From positions 434,001-498,000 of the forward strand of contig CBFDEM010000010.1 in NCBI GenBank assembly GCA_965603825.1: 64,000 bases of DNA, given 5' to 3'. A model generated the notes under the pieces. The model was not told the origin of the DNA, made no database searches, and saw nothing but the letters and a program-made list of their open reading frames with translations. Within the stretch, counting starts at the first letter, position 1. The number at the start of each line of letters is the position of its first letter. This stretch comes from Blepharisma stoltei ATCC 30299. Taxonomy: Eukaryota > Protista > Ciliophora. The translations under genes were made by a program, and so were the position numbers. Positions 36,673-49,062 of this stretch are shown in pieces.

Positions 36673-39600
36673 ATGCTCATAAAATCTCAAACACCGATAT
36701 ATCAGCCTTCAGGGATTGTTACAAATATTAATAGAATTCGTTATCGCTCTCCTTCTTATCGTGCGAATATATCTCCTAAATCCCGAAGAAGATCAAGTCC
36801 TAAAATTAATCGCTCATTTGCTGTATATGAAGAATCATCACCTTCTGCTCTTAAATTTAGGAGTACTTCAGTGGACCGCCCAAGGCATAATTCGACAGGA
36901 GAAATGAAATCAATAAGATCAAGGCACACAACTCTTAGATCTGTGACTAAAATTTCTGATATTTTGGAACATCAAGAAGTTCAAATTGAACTTGGCAGGC
37001 AGCTTATTAAAGATACCAACTTTTCACAGGCCATTGAGGTTTTTGAAGGGGTTTTGGAAAAAGATAAAGCAAATATTGATGCCTTGTATGGAAGAGCTGT
37101 CTGTTATATGCATTTGGGAAATCATAAATTAGCAGTCACTGATTTGCTTGCGGTTGCAAAAGAAAACCCTGTATATGACAAACAGCTGTATGCAGCACTA
37201 AGTATATGTTTTATGTCTATGAATGATATTTCTACAGCATTAAGGCTAATATCTAAAGGCTTGTCAAGATTTCCTAAGTTTTCTGAAGGATATGTTATAA
37301 GAGGACAAATTTATTTAAAACAAGAAAAAATAGAAAAAGCATTAAGCGATTTTAAAAAAGCTGCTGCTTATAATCCAAAAGATGGATCAGCATATCTTGG
37401 AATCGCTGATTGCTTGATTTACACAGAAAATAAAGAAAGCTGCTTAGAAGCTTTAAACAAAGCTATTTCATTTCCAGAAACTTCTGTGCTAGCCCTTCTG
37501 AAGCGTGCAAAATTTTTTGCTTCAATAAATAAAAATGACCAAGCTTTTGAAGACTTAAACAAATATATTTCTTATAAGTCAGAAGATCCTGAAGCTTATT
37601 TTACCAAGGCTCTGCTTCTGCTTAAAACTTCTCAGTTTCATGAATCAGCTTTATGCTTTGAGCAAACTATCAAATATGACTATCAAAACTCTTTCTTAAA
37701 TCAAGCCGTTTTTCATTTGGGGGCTTTAAAAATCAGGGAAAGAGACTTCTATGGGGCTTTACACACTTTTAAAAGAATCAATGGGCAAAAAGAAATAAAG
37801 GACCAAAAAACCTTGAGACACTATGCAGAAGCTGTTATAAGTCTTATGAAACGAAAATACAAAGAAGGAATTACTTATTTTTCAAAGCTTATCAAAAATG
37901 GGGACAGCATAATACAAGAGTATTTAGGAAATTGCTATGCATATAGAGCATACGGATATTGTGCACTTAATAAATTTGATAAAGCTTTACAGGATTTTAA
38001 AAAAGCATCATTGATATCAACTTTGAATAAAGCTTCACTTTATAATCAATGTTTAGCACATGGTCTAAAAGATGCGAAAAAAGGAGATTTTCAATCTGCG
38101 CTTAATTATTTAAGCAAATCTCATAAGCACTTCAACAAAAATCCTGACCCTTTGGTTTATCATGCAGCTATATTACTTCACATAGCATATGAAGCTTCCC
38201 CGCCTAACGATATTTTTATTATAGAATCCGAAAATTTATTACAAAAAGCTTCCCAGCTCAGAGATCCAGAAAGTGATATTTATTATTATCAGGCAATAGT
38301 GAAATATCTGAGAAATAAATTTTCTGAAGCTTTAGAAGATGTTAAGCTTACTATTGATAAAGCAGAAGACAACATTGCTGAGCATTATGTGCTTAGAGGG
38401 CTGTGCCATGCTGGACTTAAAAAATATCAAGATGCCTTGCAAGATTTTACTATAGCTATTCAATTGAATGAAGAACTATATTATGCTTATTCCTATAGAG
38501 GAAGGGTTGCTTATTTAGAAGACGATACAGATCTTGCTTATAGCGATTTTCAAAAGCATATAGCTGGCTGTCCAAATGATCCTTTAGCTCATATGCTGGC
38601 TGGAAATCTCCTGATGTCAACTGGATCTTATGACGATGCAATTAGTGCTTATAATAATGCTTTAGCGTTAAAATTCAGCTGTGAGGCTACTTATCAGAAG
38701 GCAAAATGTTATGTGCTGCTTCATAAGCTTGACGATGCAATTATTGAATTAAATAAAATTTTGCAATCAAAACCAAATTTTTTAAGCGTTATCAAAGATA
38801 AAGAAATTTTGACTTATTTGAGAAATTTAGCTTCAGAGGAAAAAAATGTTAATATTTTTCAAAAATCAATTGAAAATTGTTATAAATGACTCAGTGAAAC
38901 GTGCGGGGAAATTTTTGAGAGGAAACATATTTATTGAATGAAAGCGATTTTTCTAATGTACACTGAAGAATATGAACTTGCTTTAGATGATTTTCAAGAA
39001 GTTCTTGAAATTATTCATTCAAAAGACAATGAATTGATGACTTCTGATGAAGCACTTGCAGCAGAAGAAGAAAATTGTGAGGCTCTCTATAATATTGGCT
39101 TATGTCATTTACATGTAATTTCCTATTTAGTCTAACAAAGAGCAATCTTTAGTGATATTCCAAGACCTTGCTGAAGTTCTCAATGACAAGCATAAAGGCC
39201 AAATGATTTTTCTGTCAGCGCTTTCAGAACTTTCATTAGGAAATAATGAAACTGCTGAAAAATTAATGAAAGAAGCTTTCAAATGTGACCCAGAAACCAT
39301 CAGTCCATTTCTCTCTGATAATCCCACCACTTTATTACCTTTAAATACCAAAAGTGAATTTTCATCAAATTTTCCTTTAATTACATTACCATTTTCTAAT
39401 ATCCCAAAACTCCAAGCAAGACCAGCAATTTCTTTGCCAAGAGTTAGAGCTCCTTCATTAGAATTAAACGTTGAAGAAAAAGTCAAAGATTTCTTTGATT
39501 TTTCCAAAATTTCTCCAAAACCTGAAGCTCCTTGATTAAATAGAATTCGAGGGTCTATACAGTTTACTGAAAATATTGTAGAATTTGACGTAGACCCTTC

Positions 39601-39844
39601 AGATACTGAAGATGAAAAAGAAAAAATTGAAGAAAAAAGCACAAATGATATCAGTGAAAATTTTGAGCGAAAAGTAAAATCACTAATTCCTATACGGCAT
39701 AAGACCCCAAGTCCAATTGACAGCTCAAAAGAGATCCTTAAGCATATTGATGAATATAGCCTTTTTAAGCAAAACGGAAATCAAGATCCAGACCCTGAGC
39801 ATGCTATTATAAAAAAAATCAAAAATGTCTGCAAAGGAGACTAA
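36673..39844 (+). CDS. Large TPR-repeat protein
   Basis: Many TPR motifs; TGA at 38887, 38935, 39533; 16-nt intron 39115-39130; stop TAA 39842-39844. Confidence 0.85.
39115..39130 (+). other. 16-nt intron
   Basis: gtaatttcctatttag; removal joins the 38938 and 39152 ORF frames. Confidence 0.88.
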
Positions 39845-39886
39845 TGTAAACTTATTTAAAATAATTTTCTATTAATTCACTTTGTA

Positions 39887-40585
39887 TTAATTCTGGCTTG
39901 CCCTGCCTTTCCATATAGAAGGTGTCTTATAGCTGCTTTCCATAATTTCGTCTTCTTCATGCAGCACATCTAGCCTAGGCTTATAAAGTTCTTGAATTAC
40001 TTCTCTATTTACCTGCAAGCTTGTCTGCATATTTACTTCATTCTCTAATGGTGAAGTCAGCGCCATTTCTTCTAAATGAATGCTTGGGATTCTTTTTCGA
40101 TGTTTATTTTTGAAATATAATAGCACTCGTAAAAGGAGAACTAAATTTCGGACGATAAGTACAAAAATGCCGACTATGCCTCCTAAGTCGTCAAATAAGG
40201 TATCTTGTGTGCAGGCAAAAATGATCCCGTAGATGCATAGAATAATTATGAAAATATCAAATATATTACTCAATGCAGTTCAAAATCGGCGAAGACCGAT
40301 TAAATACATTCTAAGCAAAATTTCAGATAAAATTGTTACACAGATTATGACTTCTAATGCGATAAACCATCCTTGATCTGTTTAGAAATTACTTGGATAT
40401 CTCTTGATATGATTTAAAACCCAAATCATGCTAAAGAGACTTAAAATAATCTGAGTGATGTAAAAATAGCGAGCAAATCCTGAAAAATATAATTGGTTTA
40501 GACGTTCCTTGCAGGTGCTATGACGATTGAGATATGTTGATGTTGGAGAGTAAGCTATAGGAAAATAATCAGAGCTGTAGTCCAT
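39887..40585 (-). CDS. Four-TM stand-alone voltage-sensor-like (S1-S4) protein
   Basis: Intron 40378-40392 and TGA at 40280 join two ORFs; S2 LE....SEILLR, F(W)...NIFD S3, S4 VRNLVLLLR. Confidence 0.72.
40378..40392 (-). other. 15-nt intron
   Basis: gtaatttctaaacag; contains in-frame TAA. Confidence 0.85.
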
Positions 40586-41100
40586 TTTTAATATTAATAT
40601 TTTTAGAAACTCATTTATGCAACTCTCTGATTGATAATTTCTTCATACTGAGCAGGAAAAATTCTAATTTTTAATTTAAATGGAATTTGAGTTGAAAAAT
40701 TAGGAATTAAATAATAGTCAAATATTTGAATATAAATAAAATGTGAACTTGGATTTATTTACAGTTTTATTAAGAATAAATTAATATGTAGCTTAAATAA
40801 AATAGTTGATTAAAAGAATCTTTAATATGGCAATAGCATTTTTGAGGCATGAGCAAACTCATTGCAGCTATATCTTTGAGCATGTTTGAAACTATATATA
40901 TTATCGGTAAAAGTTGAAATAAAAATTATTTAATTAGGTTTTTTGTTTCTTTATAATTTTTAAGATTTATTATGATTTTATATAATTGTACTTATCTTTT
41001 AGTTTGAGTTTTAATATTTCTGATATATGTCCATATGATTTCATAAAGATGCTGAGTGTTCTAAAATGTATCTATATCTAAATTAGATTTTCAAAATTGA

Positions 41101-41140
41101 CCAATCATATGCCATTTTTAGGATAAAACTCATCTATAAA
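41101..41140 (+). promoter_or_regulatory. Putative CCAAT box and TATA-like element upstream of H2B
   Basis: tgaCCAATca at about 41098-41107 and ctataaa at about 41134-41140, 30-70 bp before the ATG; CCAAT boxes are common in histone promoters; short motifs in AT-rich DNA are weak evidence. Confidence 0.4.
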
Positions 41141-41168
41141 TGGGCCGAAATTAGCCTTTATTTATAAA

Positions 41169-41513
41169 ATGGTAAAAACCCCAAAGAAAGGAGAAGACAA
41201 GCCAAAAGTTGAATCAGCAGGAAAGAAAGGAAAGAAGAGATCTGAAACTTTTGCTCTTTATATCTACCGTGTCCTTAAACAAGTCCACCCAGATATTGGT
41301 ATCTCAAAAAGATCGATGAGTATAATGAACTCATTCATCAATGATATTTTTGAAAGAGTCTGTTTTGAATCCAGCAAATTAGTTAGGTATCAAAAGAGAA
41401 GAACCTTAAGCAGCAGAGAAGTTCAAACCTCAGTCAGACTTATTCTTCCAGGAGAACTCGCAAAGCACGCTGTCAGTGAAGGAACTAAAGCTGTTACTAA
41501 ATTCACAAGTTAA
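41169..41513 (+). CDS. H2B: Histone H2B
   Basis: [31 protein letters not shown]...[20 protein letters not shown]. Confidence 0.97.
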   Translation: MVKTPKKGEDKPKVESAGKKGKKRSETFALYIYRVLKQVHPDIGISKRSMSIMNSFINDIFERVCFESSKLVRYQKRRTLSSREVQTSVRLILPGELAKHAVSEGTKAVTKFTS

Positions 41514-42142
41514 GTTAAATGTTTTGCAATTAGAATTTTGTGTTTTAATTTAAATATTAAAAATAAATGAACTTAAAAATATTTACGCAAAAGTTTTATA
41601 TATTCAGAAAATATATGACTTCAGTTGATTAAATTTTATATAAGAAAAGAAAAAAGGACAAATCTGATTTATCTGTATGCTTTATACATATAATTATAAA
41701 AATGAAATAGAATAAGGATCAAAAAGCTGAATTTATGATTTCTTAAATAACATCAAAATGTGTTCCTTTATCAAAAAGAAATCAAACACAATTGAATTAA
41801 AATACCAAAGCATTTTTAGTAGTTAAGAAAGCCTAATTTTTATAATAGATTTTCTTATCATATATAATCATGATATCAGGTATACACGAAAAAACCTACT
41901 GTAGATTTATTACACATTAAAAATTCTAATCCGCGTTTATAATTTTCCGGGCTTTTATTTTTCGATATTCTTAATAAAATTTTCTCTTCCAAAATTCACC
42001 TCCAAATTTTTTATAATAATTTTTTACCCAACTTTTCTACTTTTCTAGTTATTTTGATACAATTCTGATCGTGATTTCCTATAAATTCATTGCCATCATA
42101 ACTGTTGATATCTTGATTTAAATTCCTAACGGTCATTAAAAA

Positions 42143-42706
42143 ATGAATTACAAGTTTGCTGTTATAGCTCTCTGTATCTCTCTGTCAATTGCAGGTAAAG
42201 CTGACTTTCCATATGGTCTTCAATTAGAATGGAACATCGAAGGTGATTCTATAACTTTTAACTTCATTGTCCCTAACATACAAATAGGTCCTTTCGGCTG
42301 GGCAGGAATTGGTTTTAAAACACTCGAAGCAGGACGAACCATGGCAAATGGTGACTTTGTAGCTGCTATATTTGATTCAGGGAAAATCGAAGATAGGTTT
42401 GGAAACCCAAGAAACTCAAATCCTCCACTTGACGAAGAAAAAGGAGGAATGGACGATCTTCAAGATAAAATGAAAGATGTTCAGGACAATTACACAGTTT
42501 TCAGCTGGACAAGATGGCTTGATACTAAAGATGCAAAAGATTCACCATTAGTAGAAGGGAAGGAATATTATTTATTGTGGGCTGTTGGGAAGAACGAAGG
42601 AGAATTTATTAAACACCATGATGACGCTGGAGCTATCCAAATTGTATTATCCAATGATTTCTCTACAACTGAAGAAGCACATGCAAGCTTCATTAATATT
42701 AATTAA
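42143..42706 (+). CDS. Secreted DOMON-domain protein
   Basis: Signal peptide; GWAGIGF...M..GD, PPLD..GG.DD, WTRWLDT.D, LLWAVG, HH. Confidence 0.85.
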   Translation: MNYKFAVIALCISLSIAGKADFPYGLQLEWNIEGDSITFNFIVPNIQIGPFGWAGIGFKTLEAGRTMANGDFVAAIFDSGKIEDRFGNPRNSNPPLDEEKGGMDDLQDKMKDVQDNYTVFSWTRWLDTKDAKDSPLVEGKEYYLLWAVGKNEGEFIKHHDDAGAIQIVLSNDFSTTEEAHASFININ

Positions 42707-42909
42707 TTTTTTTTCATAAGCCATATCCCCTTATATAACTGCAAATCTTTTATTACTATCCAATATGGGAAATCCCTTTAACTAGACTTAATTTATCATA
42801 ACATTATCACTTAATTAATAAAAAATTTACCCTTGACCCTTCATTTTCTCACAATTAAATAATGGTCCTCAATAAAAACACCAAAAATATATATAAAATA
42901 AAAAATCCA

Positions 42910-43818
42910 ATGTCAGAAAAAAGCAGTTTAGACTCCTTTGTAGTTTTACACACAATAAGTAAAGGTGAGCACGCAGTTGTAAAATTAATAGAAGATAGTT
43001 ATGGTAAAAAGTTCGCTGCCAAAATTTTCAAAGCTAAATCTCTAGCTTTGAGGGCTCTACACATGTCACTGTGGGAATCCGAGCTTAAAGCTTACCGAAA
43101 TATCAACACCCTCTGAACTCTTCGAGTTCTAGCGTCAAGCAGCACAGGAATCTACAAAAAAAAGTCCCAAAAAGGAGAATATTCCTGCTTTTATATGCTT
43201 TTTGAATACTGCCCTTATGGGTCACTTTGGGATGTTGTAAAACTTTCACCAGACGAAAAAATCCTCAGATTTTACTTCAAACAAATCATTGAAGGGGTTG
43301 AAGGGCTGCATTCTCATGGTCTGACGCATCTGAATTTTAAACTAGAAAATGTACTTATAGACGAAAATTTCGGGCTAAGAATTTGTGGATTTTCACATAG
43401 CTCATTTGATACCCAAGAAGCCCCAACTTATAATGGAAGACTAGATTATTATAAAAGCCCTGAAATAGTCAAAAGGAAGCCTTATATGAAAAATAAAGCA
43501 GATTTATTTGCCATTGGGGTCATGTTTTTTATATTGTTGCTTCAAAAACCTCCATTTATGCGGGCTGATTTGATAGACCCTTATTTCAAGATGATGAAGG
43601 CGAAAAATAATGAATATTGGATAAGAATGAAGCCAAAAAATTTGGCTGTGTCAAGCGAGTATCAGAAAATTATTAATTCAATGCTGGGAGAGCTGGAAAA
43701 TGAAAGATTAAGCATTGAAGAAATTAAGAAGCATGCGTGATATAATTTAGAAGATCCAACTAGAGAAGAACTAAGGGAGTTTTTCCAGAAAGTTAGGGAA
43801 AAAGCAAAAATATTGTAA
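42910..43818 (+). CDS. Protein kinase-fold protein, probable pseudokinase
   Basis: FAAKIF, EYCPYG, HLNFKLEN, ICGF, SPE, ADLFAIG, HA(TGA=W)Y; TGA at 43114 and 43738; stop TAA 43816-43818. Confidence 0.82.
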
Positions 43819-43999
43819 ATGGTGAGTTTTTGAATATTACATAATACATAAATATTTAGAATTAAGATAATTGGAGAAATAAAAATTGTATAAAATTATT
43901 GCTGAAAATAGATTAAGAAAAGAAAATAAAGCTGAGTTGTAATTTTTAAGATTTTCTTAAATTTTTTACAAGTGTTGCCACGGATTTGTCTAATAAAAT

Positions 44000-44965
44000 A
44001 TGGGGTTGGACGAAGATGAAGTGTTGAAACATAATAAACCTAATGACGCTTGGGTAACCTATAAAGGAAGAGTCCTTAACATAACTTCATTTCTTAGCGA
44101 TCACCCTGGTGGCTCTGAAATCATAGAGCCTTATTTAGGAAAAGACATCACAAAGCAATTCGACGAAAATGACCACTCTGAAAACGCAATCAAAATGACA
44201 AAAAACATGGAAGTTGGAAACCTCACGAAACCTTCAAAACCAGAAGAAAATTTAACTATTGACCCAACCCGAGGTCTTGTTTACCAAGTCTTCACCAAAC
44301 TAAATCTTAAGGCATACCAAGACTTTGTCAATGATCCAAAGCACACAAAAACAAATGTTAGAGTTTTTGATTCGCCGATTTTAGAACCTTTTTCTAAAAC
44401 CCCTTGGTACGCAATTCCAATTTTTTGGATTCCTGTCATGCTATTTTATGCCTATTGTGGTTTAAAACTTGGAATTATTTCTTTTGTTTGTCTATTTTTA
44501 TTAGGAGTGGTGTGGTGGACCATATTTGAATATTCACTTCATCGATTTGTATTTCACAGTGAAAAATACTTACCGGACAACCCTTATTGGATTGTATTTC
44601 ATTTCTTATCACATGGGATACATCATGCTTATCCTATGGATAATCTAAGATTAGTTTTTCCAATAGCCTTAGGTGTTATACTAGTAATTGTGCTTAAAGC
44701 AGGAATATACAACAATTTAATGCCAGTTGCAGTTGCAGATGCATTTGCTGCAGGGAAATTAATGGGGTATATGTATTATGACCTATTTCATTATTATTCA
44801 CATCACAGCCGACCGCATATTAAATATTTTAGCTTTATGAAGACTTATCATATGGCACACCATTATAAAGACCCATTAAAAGGCTTTGGAGTTTCTAATC
44901 ATTTTTGGGATATTGTTTTTGGGACTTTACTTCCAGTTACTTATAGGCCGACATCACTGGATTAA
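44000..44965 (+). CDS. FA2H: Cytochrome b5-fused fatty acid/sphingolipid 2-hydroxylase, copy 1
   Basis: HPGG cyt b5 domain; His boxes HRFVFH, HGIHH, HYYSHH, HMAHH; GFGVS. Confidence 0.93.
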   Translation: MGLDEDEVLKHNKPNDAWVTYKGRVLNITSFLSDHPGGSEIIEPYLGKDITKQFDENDHSENAIKMTKNMEVGNLTKPSKPEENLTIDPTRGLVYQVFTKLNLKAYQDFVNDPKHTKTNVRVFDSPILEPFSKTPWYAIPIFWIPVMLFYAYCGLKLGIISFVCLFLLGVVWWTIFEYSLHRFVFHSEKYLPDNPYWIVFHFLSHGIHHAYPMDNLRLVFPIALGVILVIVLKAGIYNNLMPVAVADAFAAGKLMGYMYYDLFHYYSHHSRPHIKYFSFMKTYHMAHHYKDPLKGFGVSNHFWDIVFGTLLPVTYRPTSLD

Positions 44966-45184
44966 AATAACCTATATTTAATAAAAAATTTCTCTTTTTC
45001 AAAAATTAGGCAATTTACTTTAATTTGGAAAATATCGAATTTTTAATAATATAAAATACATGGATAGTTAGATTTGAAATAAAATAGTAAACTACTTAAT
45101 AAATAAAATAAAGATGAGCTAAATTATTAAATTTGAATTATTTTATGTGACGTCGTTGCCAAGGATATTTATGTCTAATAAAAT

Positions 45185-46150
45185 ATGGGGTTGGACGAAG
45201 ATGAAGTGTTGAAACATAATAAACCTAATGACGCTTGGGTAATCTATAAAGGAAGAGTTCTTAACATAACTTCATTTCTTAATGACCACCCTGGTGGTTC
45301 TGAAATCATAGAGCCTTATTTAGGAAAAGACATCACAAAGCAATTCGACGAAAATGACCACTCTGAAAACGCAATCAAAATGACAAAGAACATGGAAGTT
45401 GGAGACCTCACGAAACCTTCAAAACCAGAAGAAAATTTAACTATTGACCCGACTCGAGGTCTTGTTTACCAAGTCTTCACCAAACTAAATCTTAAGGCAT
45501 ACCAAGACTTTGTCAATGACCCAAAGCACACAAAAACTAATATTAGAGTGTTTGATTCTCCAATTCTAGAGCCCTTCTCTAAAACCCCTTGGTACGCAAT
45601 TCCAATTTTTTGGATTCCTTTCATGCTATTTTATTCCTATTGTGGTTTAGAGCTCGGATTTATTCCTTTTATTTGCCTTTTTCTTTTAGGAATTGCATGG
45701 TGGACACTGTTCGAATATTCGCTTCATCGTTTTATATTTCATAGTGAGCCATACCTACCAGACAACCCATACTGAATTGTATTTCATTTCTTATCACATG
45801 GGATACATCATGCTTATCCTATGGATAATCTAAGACTGGTATTCCCAATAGCCTTATCTTTACTGTTATGGCTAGTATTTAAACCTGGCTTATACAATCA
45901 CATAATGCCAATTGCAGTAGCCGATGCCTTCTTTGCAGGCAAATTAGTGGGGTATATGTATTATGACTTATTTCATTATTATTCACATCACAGCCGCCCT
46001 CATGGGAAATACTTTAGCTTTATGAAGACTTATCATATGGCACACCATTATAAAGATCCATTTAAAGGCTTTGGAGTTTCTAATCATTTTTGGGATATTG
46101 TTTTTGGAACTCTACTTCCAGTTACTTATAGACCGACATCGTTGGATTAA
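45185..46150 (+). CDS. FA2H: Cytochrome b5-fused fatty acid/sphingolipid 2-hydroxylase, copy 2
   Basis: Same length as copy 1 when TGA 45773 is read as W; all His boxes intact. Confidence 0.92.
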
Positions 46151-46272
46151 AATTAACTAATCTTTTTCTAATAAATTATTCTAATTTTTTATATTTAAAG
46201 AAATTAGAATATAAATAAAGTATTCCTACTATATTAAAAAGCAAGTAAATATGAAAATTTTTTAATTATTAT

Positions 46273-47667
46273 TTAATCATCTCCCAAAAACTCGACTCTG
46301 TCCAATTCTTCTTGTGGAGGCTCAACAACTACTTTTTCAACAATCTTTTCAGGCAGTTTACTCTTTGGCATTGGCTGCCTTCCAACTTTTCTAATCTTTG
46401 GATTTGCTGATCTTTCCATATATTTTTGCAGCTTATCTTGATTTTTCTTCTTTTCTTTAATAAGAGTTTCATTCCTTGATTTTTCTCTTCTATTTTTTTC
46501 TAAGTCAATAGCTTTTTTAGTAACATATTCTTCATCAATTTGATCAAATTCTTTAAAAATCCTTAAATAAACATCAAGCCTGTGCTCAACTTCAGTCAGC
46601 AGCCCTAAACAATCTTGTTGTCCTTCATCTGCTTCTAGCCTCAGTACATCTCTTGTGGTTTGTTCTAATCTCATAAGTACTGGATGCCCAGTTTGTTCAT
46701 TGCCTATAGTTTTCTGTAACCTCCCTTCTAGCTGTATACATCTTTTATCTTTTTCTTCAATAGCTTTTCCCAGCTCCCCTCTCCCTCCGTTTAGTTCAGA
46801 CAACTTATGCCCAGTCAATCTCTCAATATTTTCATATTCATGTTTAGTCTGCTCCAAATTTTGTTCCAATTCTTGTATATTTTGTATCAAAATTAAATTA
46901 TGCTCTATATACCCATGAAAAATGTCAGTCAGCTGCTCTGAATTCTGAAAATGATTCCCTGCATCCTTTTCATGTGGCTCCACCTTATCTAAAAATTCTT
47001 TATATTTCGTGTACTCTTCCAAGCTTTCTTCATGTTTCTGTATTTGTGTCTGCAGCTGCTGGATTTCTTCATTTAAATGATTGATGTCATGAGTTATATC
47101 AATTTTTATTTTATTCAATTTTTTTGCTTCTTTCATGGCGTCATGGCTTTGGCGTTTGCATTCGTCTCAGTATTCATTAAACCGGGTTGTGTCCTCTATG
47201 AGCATATCTTCAGAATTTTTTAAGCCGTATTCTCTTAATAAGGCGAATTGTTCAAGTTTTTTGATTTCTTCTTTTTTAATGTCAATCATCATTTGAAGGA
47301 GAAACATTTCACGTTTCTTGTCAATTGTTTTGTGGATGTTTTCACGAGCTCGCACACGGTCAGCGACAAGGGCAGCATGTGCAGCTTCAGCAACAGTTAC
47401 TTTTTCTTCAGCTGGGGTCGTGCTGATTTCAATTTCTTCGATTTTTCGTAATGCACCTGCTCGGTTATATTTGAGCCCTTTATCCCAAATTTTCATGTTT
47501 CGAGTTTTTGAACGGTCTTCTTTTTCTCTGGCTTTGATTTCACGGATGTTGAGGATTTCTTCGTCAGGAGGGACTTTGAAAGGATTTTCATGACTTGTGT
47601 CGAACATAGTTGGCTTGAGAGGAGGTAAAAGACTTTTAGAGTCTTGTGAAGAGTCCATTTTATTCAT
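46273..47667 (-). CDS. CFAP100: CFAP100/CCDC37-like ciliary coiled-coil protein (DUF4200)
   Basis: NPFKVPPD, KKREMFLLQMMIDIKKEEI, ED..RFNEY, YKEFL; TGA 47167 in frame. Confidence 0.75.
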
Positions 47668-48027
47668 TTTCCAATATAAATATTTAATTTTGCAGCTTTA
47701 AATTTATTTTCTTATAATTTTTATCAATAAAAATACAGCTGATAATAAATAATTTTCTCTTAAACTATATCAGGATAATCTTTATTGAAATATGTGACTA
47801 TATCTTCTAATAAATCTAAATAAATTCTCTATAAAAGGCTTATACTTTAAACTGATTATAAAATATGAATTTCTCCTTATCTATCTAATAAAACCAATTA
47901 CCATTTTAATATTCCATATCTAATATAAAATAATTATGGCCATTCTAAGCTATCATAAAGAAAATTAAAATCTTGCTTAACTTGCCTAATCTTCTAGCTA
48001 AGAAATAAATCTTGAAATAATTGCTCA

Positions 48028-49062
48028 ATGAAAGGGAATTTTTGTCCAGTCTTTCACCCCACAAAGGAAGATATGAATGATTTCCAAGCTTATATAGAAA
48101 AAGTTGAAGGGCTGTCTGAAGGTTTCGGAATGGCAAAAATAATACCTCCTGAAGGCTGGAAGGCCAGAAAAAGAGGGTACAAAGATATACAAGTCCAACT
48201 AACGAACCCTATCAGCCAGCATGTTCAAGGCTATGCAGGTATTTATAACGTGATTCTCATCACAGAAAAGCCGATGGACTTAAAAACGTACCGTAATTAT
48301 GCCACTTCGCGAGAAATAAAAAATAAACTTAACGACGAAGAAATAGAATCACTCGTAATTTTTATATAGTTTTGGAAACAAATCCGATATAATTCTCCAA
48401 TATATGGCGCTGACAGTAACACAGAGACATTATTCGACGAAGATAACGAATGGAATTTATCCAAACTTGACACTACATTATCGTAAATTATATATAGAAA
48501 AGGATTATACCCTTATAAGTTAGCTGGGATTAATATGCCATTTATTTATGTAGGCTGCTGGAAAAGCATGTTTTGCTGGCACAAAGAAGACTTAGACCTT
48601 TATTCTATTAATTATCTGCATTTTGGAAAGCCGAAATTCTGGTATTGTATCCCATTGTCTGAGTCTGAAAAATTCGAGCGTTTCTGTAAATTCCATTTTC
48701 ATACTGATTATGCTGCGTGTCCAGAATTCTTAAGGCATAAATCTACCCAGGTTTCTCCTAGTATTCTGAGAAAAGCTGGGATAAACGTCCAAAAGATAGT
48801 GCATAATGCAGGGGAGTTTGTAGTAATTTTTGCTGGGGCTTATCATATGGGGTTTAACTCAGGTTTCAATTGTGCTGAAGCAGTGAATTTTGCGACACCG
48901 AAGTGGATTGATATAGCTGAAAAAGTATCAAGATGCTGCTGCGACCCTGAGACTGTGAAAATTGATATGGAGGAATTTAAGGCAAAATTGGAAGGAGATA
49001 CTCAAAGTATGCCAAAGAAAAAGTCAGGACCAAGGAAAAAGCAAAAAGTTGCAGAAAAATAA
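48028..49062 (+). CDS. KDM4: JmjN/JmjC histone demethylase, KDM4/JMJD2-like (2 introns)
   Basis: PVFHPT.E.M.DF..YI, G.AKIIPP.GW, YGAD, WNL, WHKEDLDLYSINYLHFG.PK.WY, FLRHK, GFNCAEAVNFA. Confidence 0.9.
48355..48369 (+). other. 15-nt intron
   Basis: gtaatttttatatag; removal gives ESL|FWK. Confidence 0.9.
48483..48497 (+). other. 15-nt intron
   Basis: gtaaattatatatag; contains in-frame TAA. Confidence 0.88.

Larger units (their letters stand above)
43987..46150 (+). repeat. Tandem gene duplication (period about 1185 bp)
   Basis: Near-identical tgtctaataaaatATGGGGTTGGACGAAG... starts and 3' ends in both copies. Confidence 0.93.

Noticed and set aside
45185-46150. FA2H copy 2 as a pseudogene with a premature stop
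   Set aside because: The TGA aligns to TGG in copy 1 and all catalytic motifs are intact; it is a Trp codon
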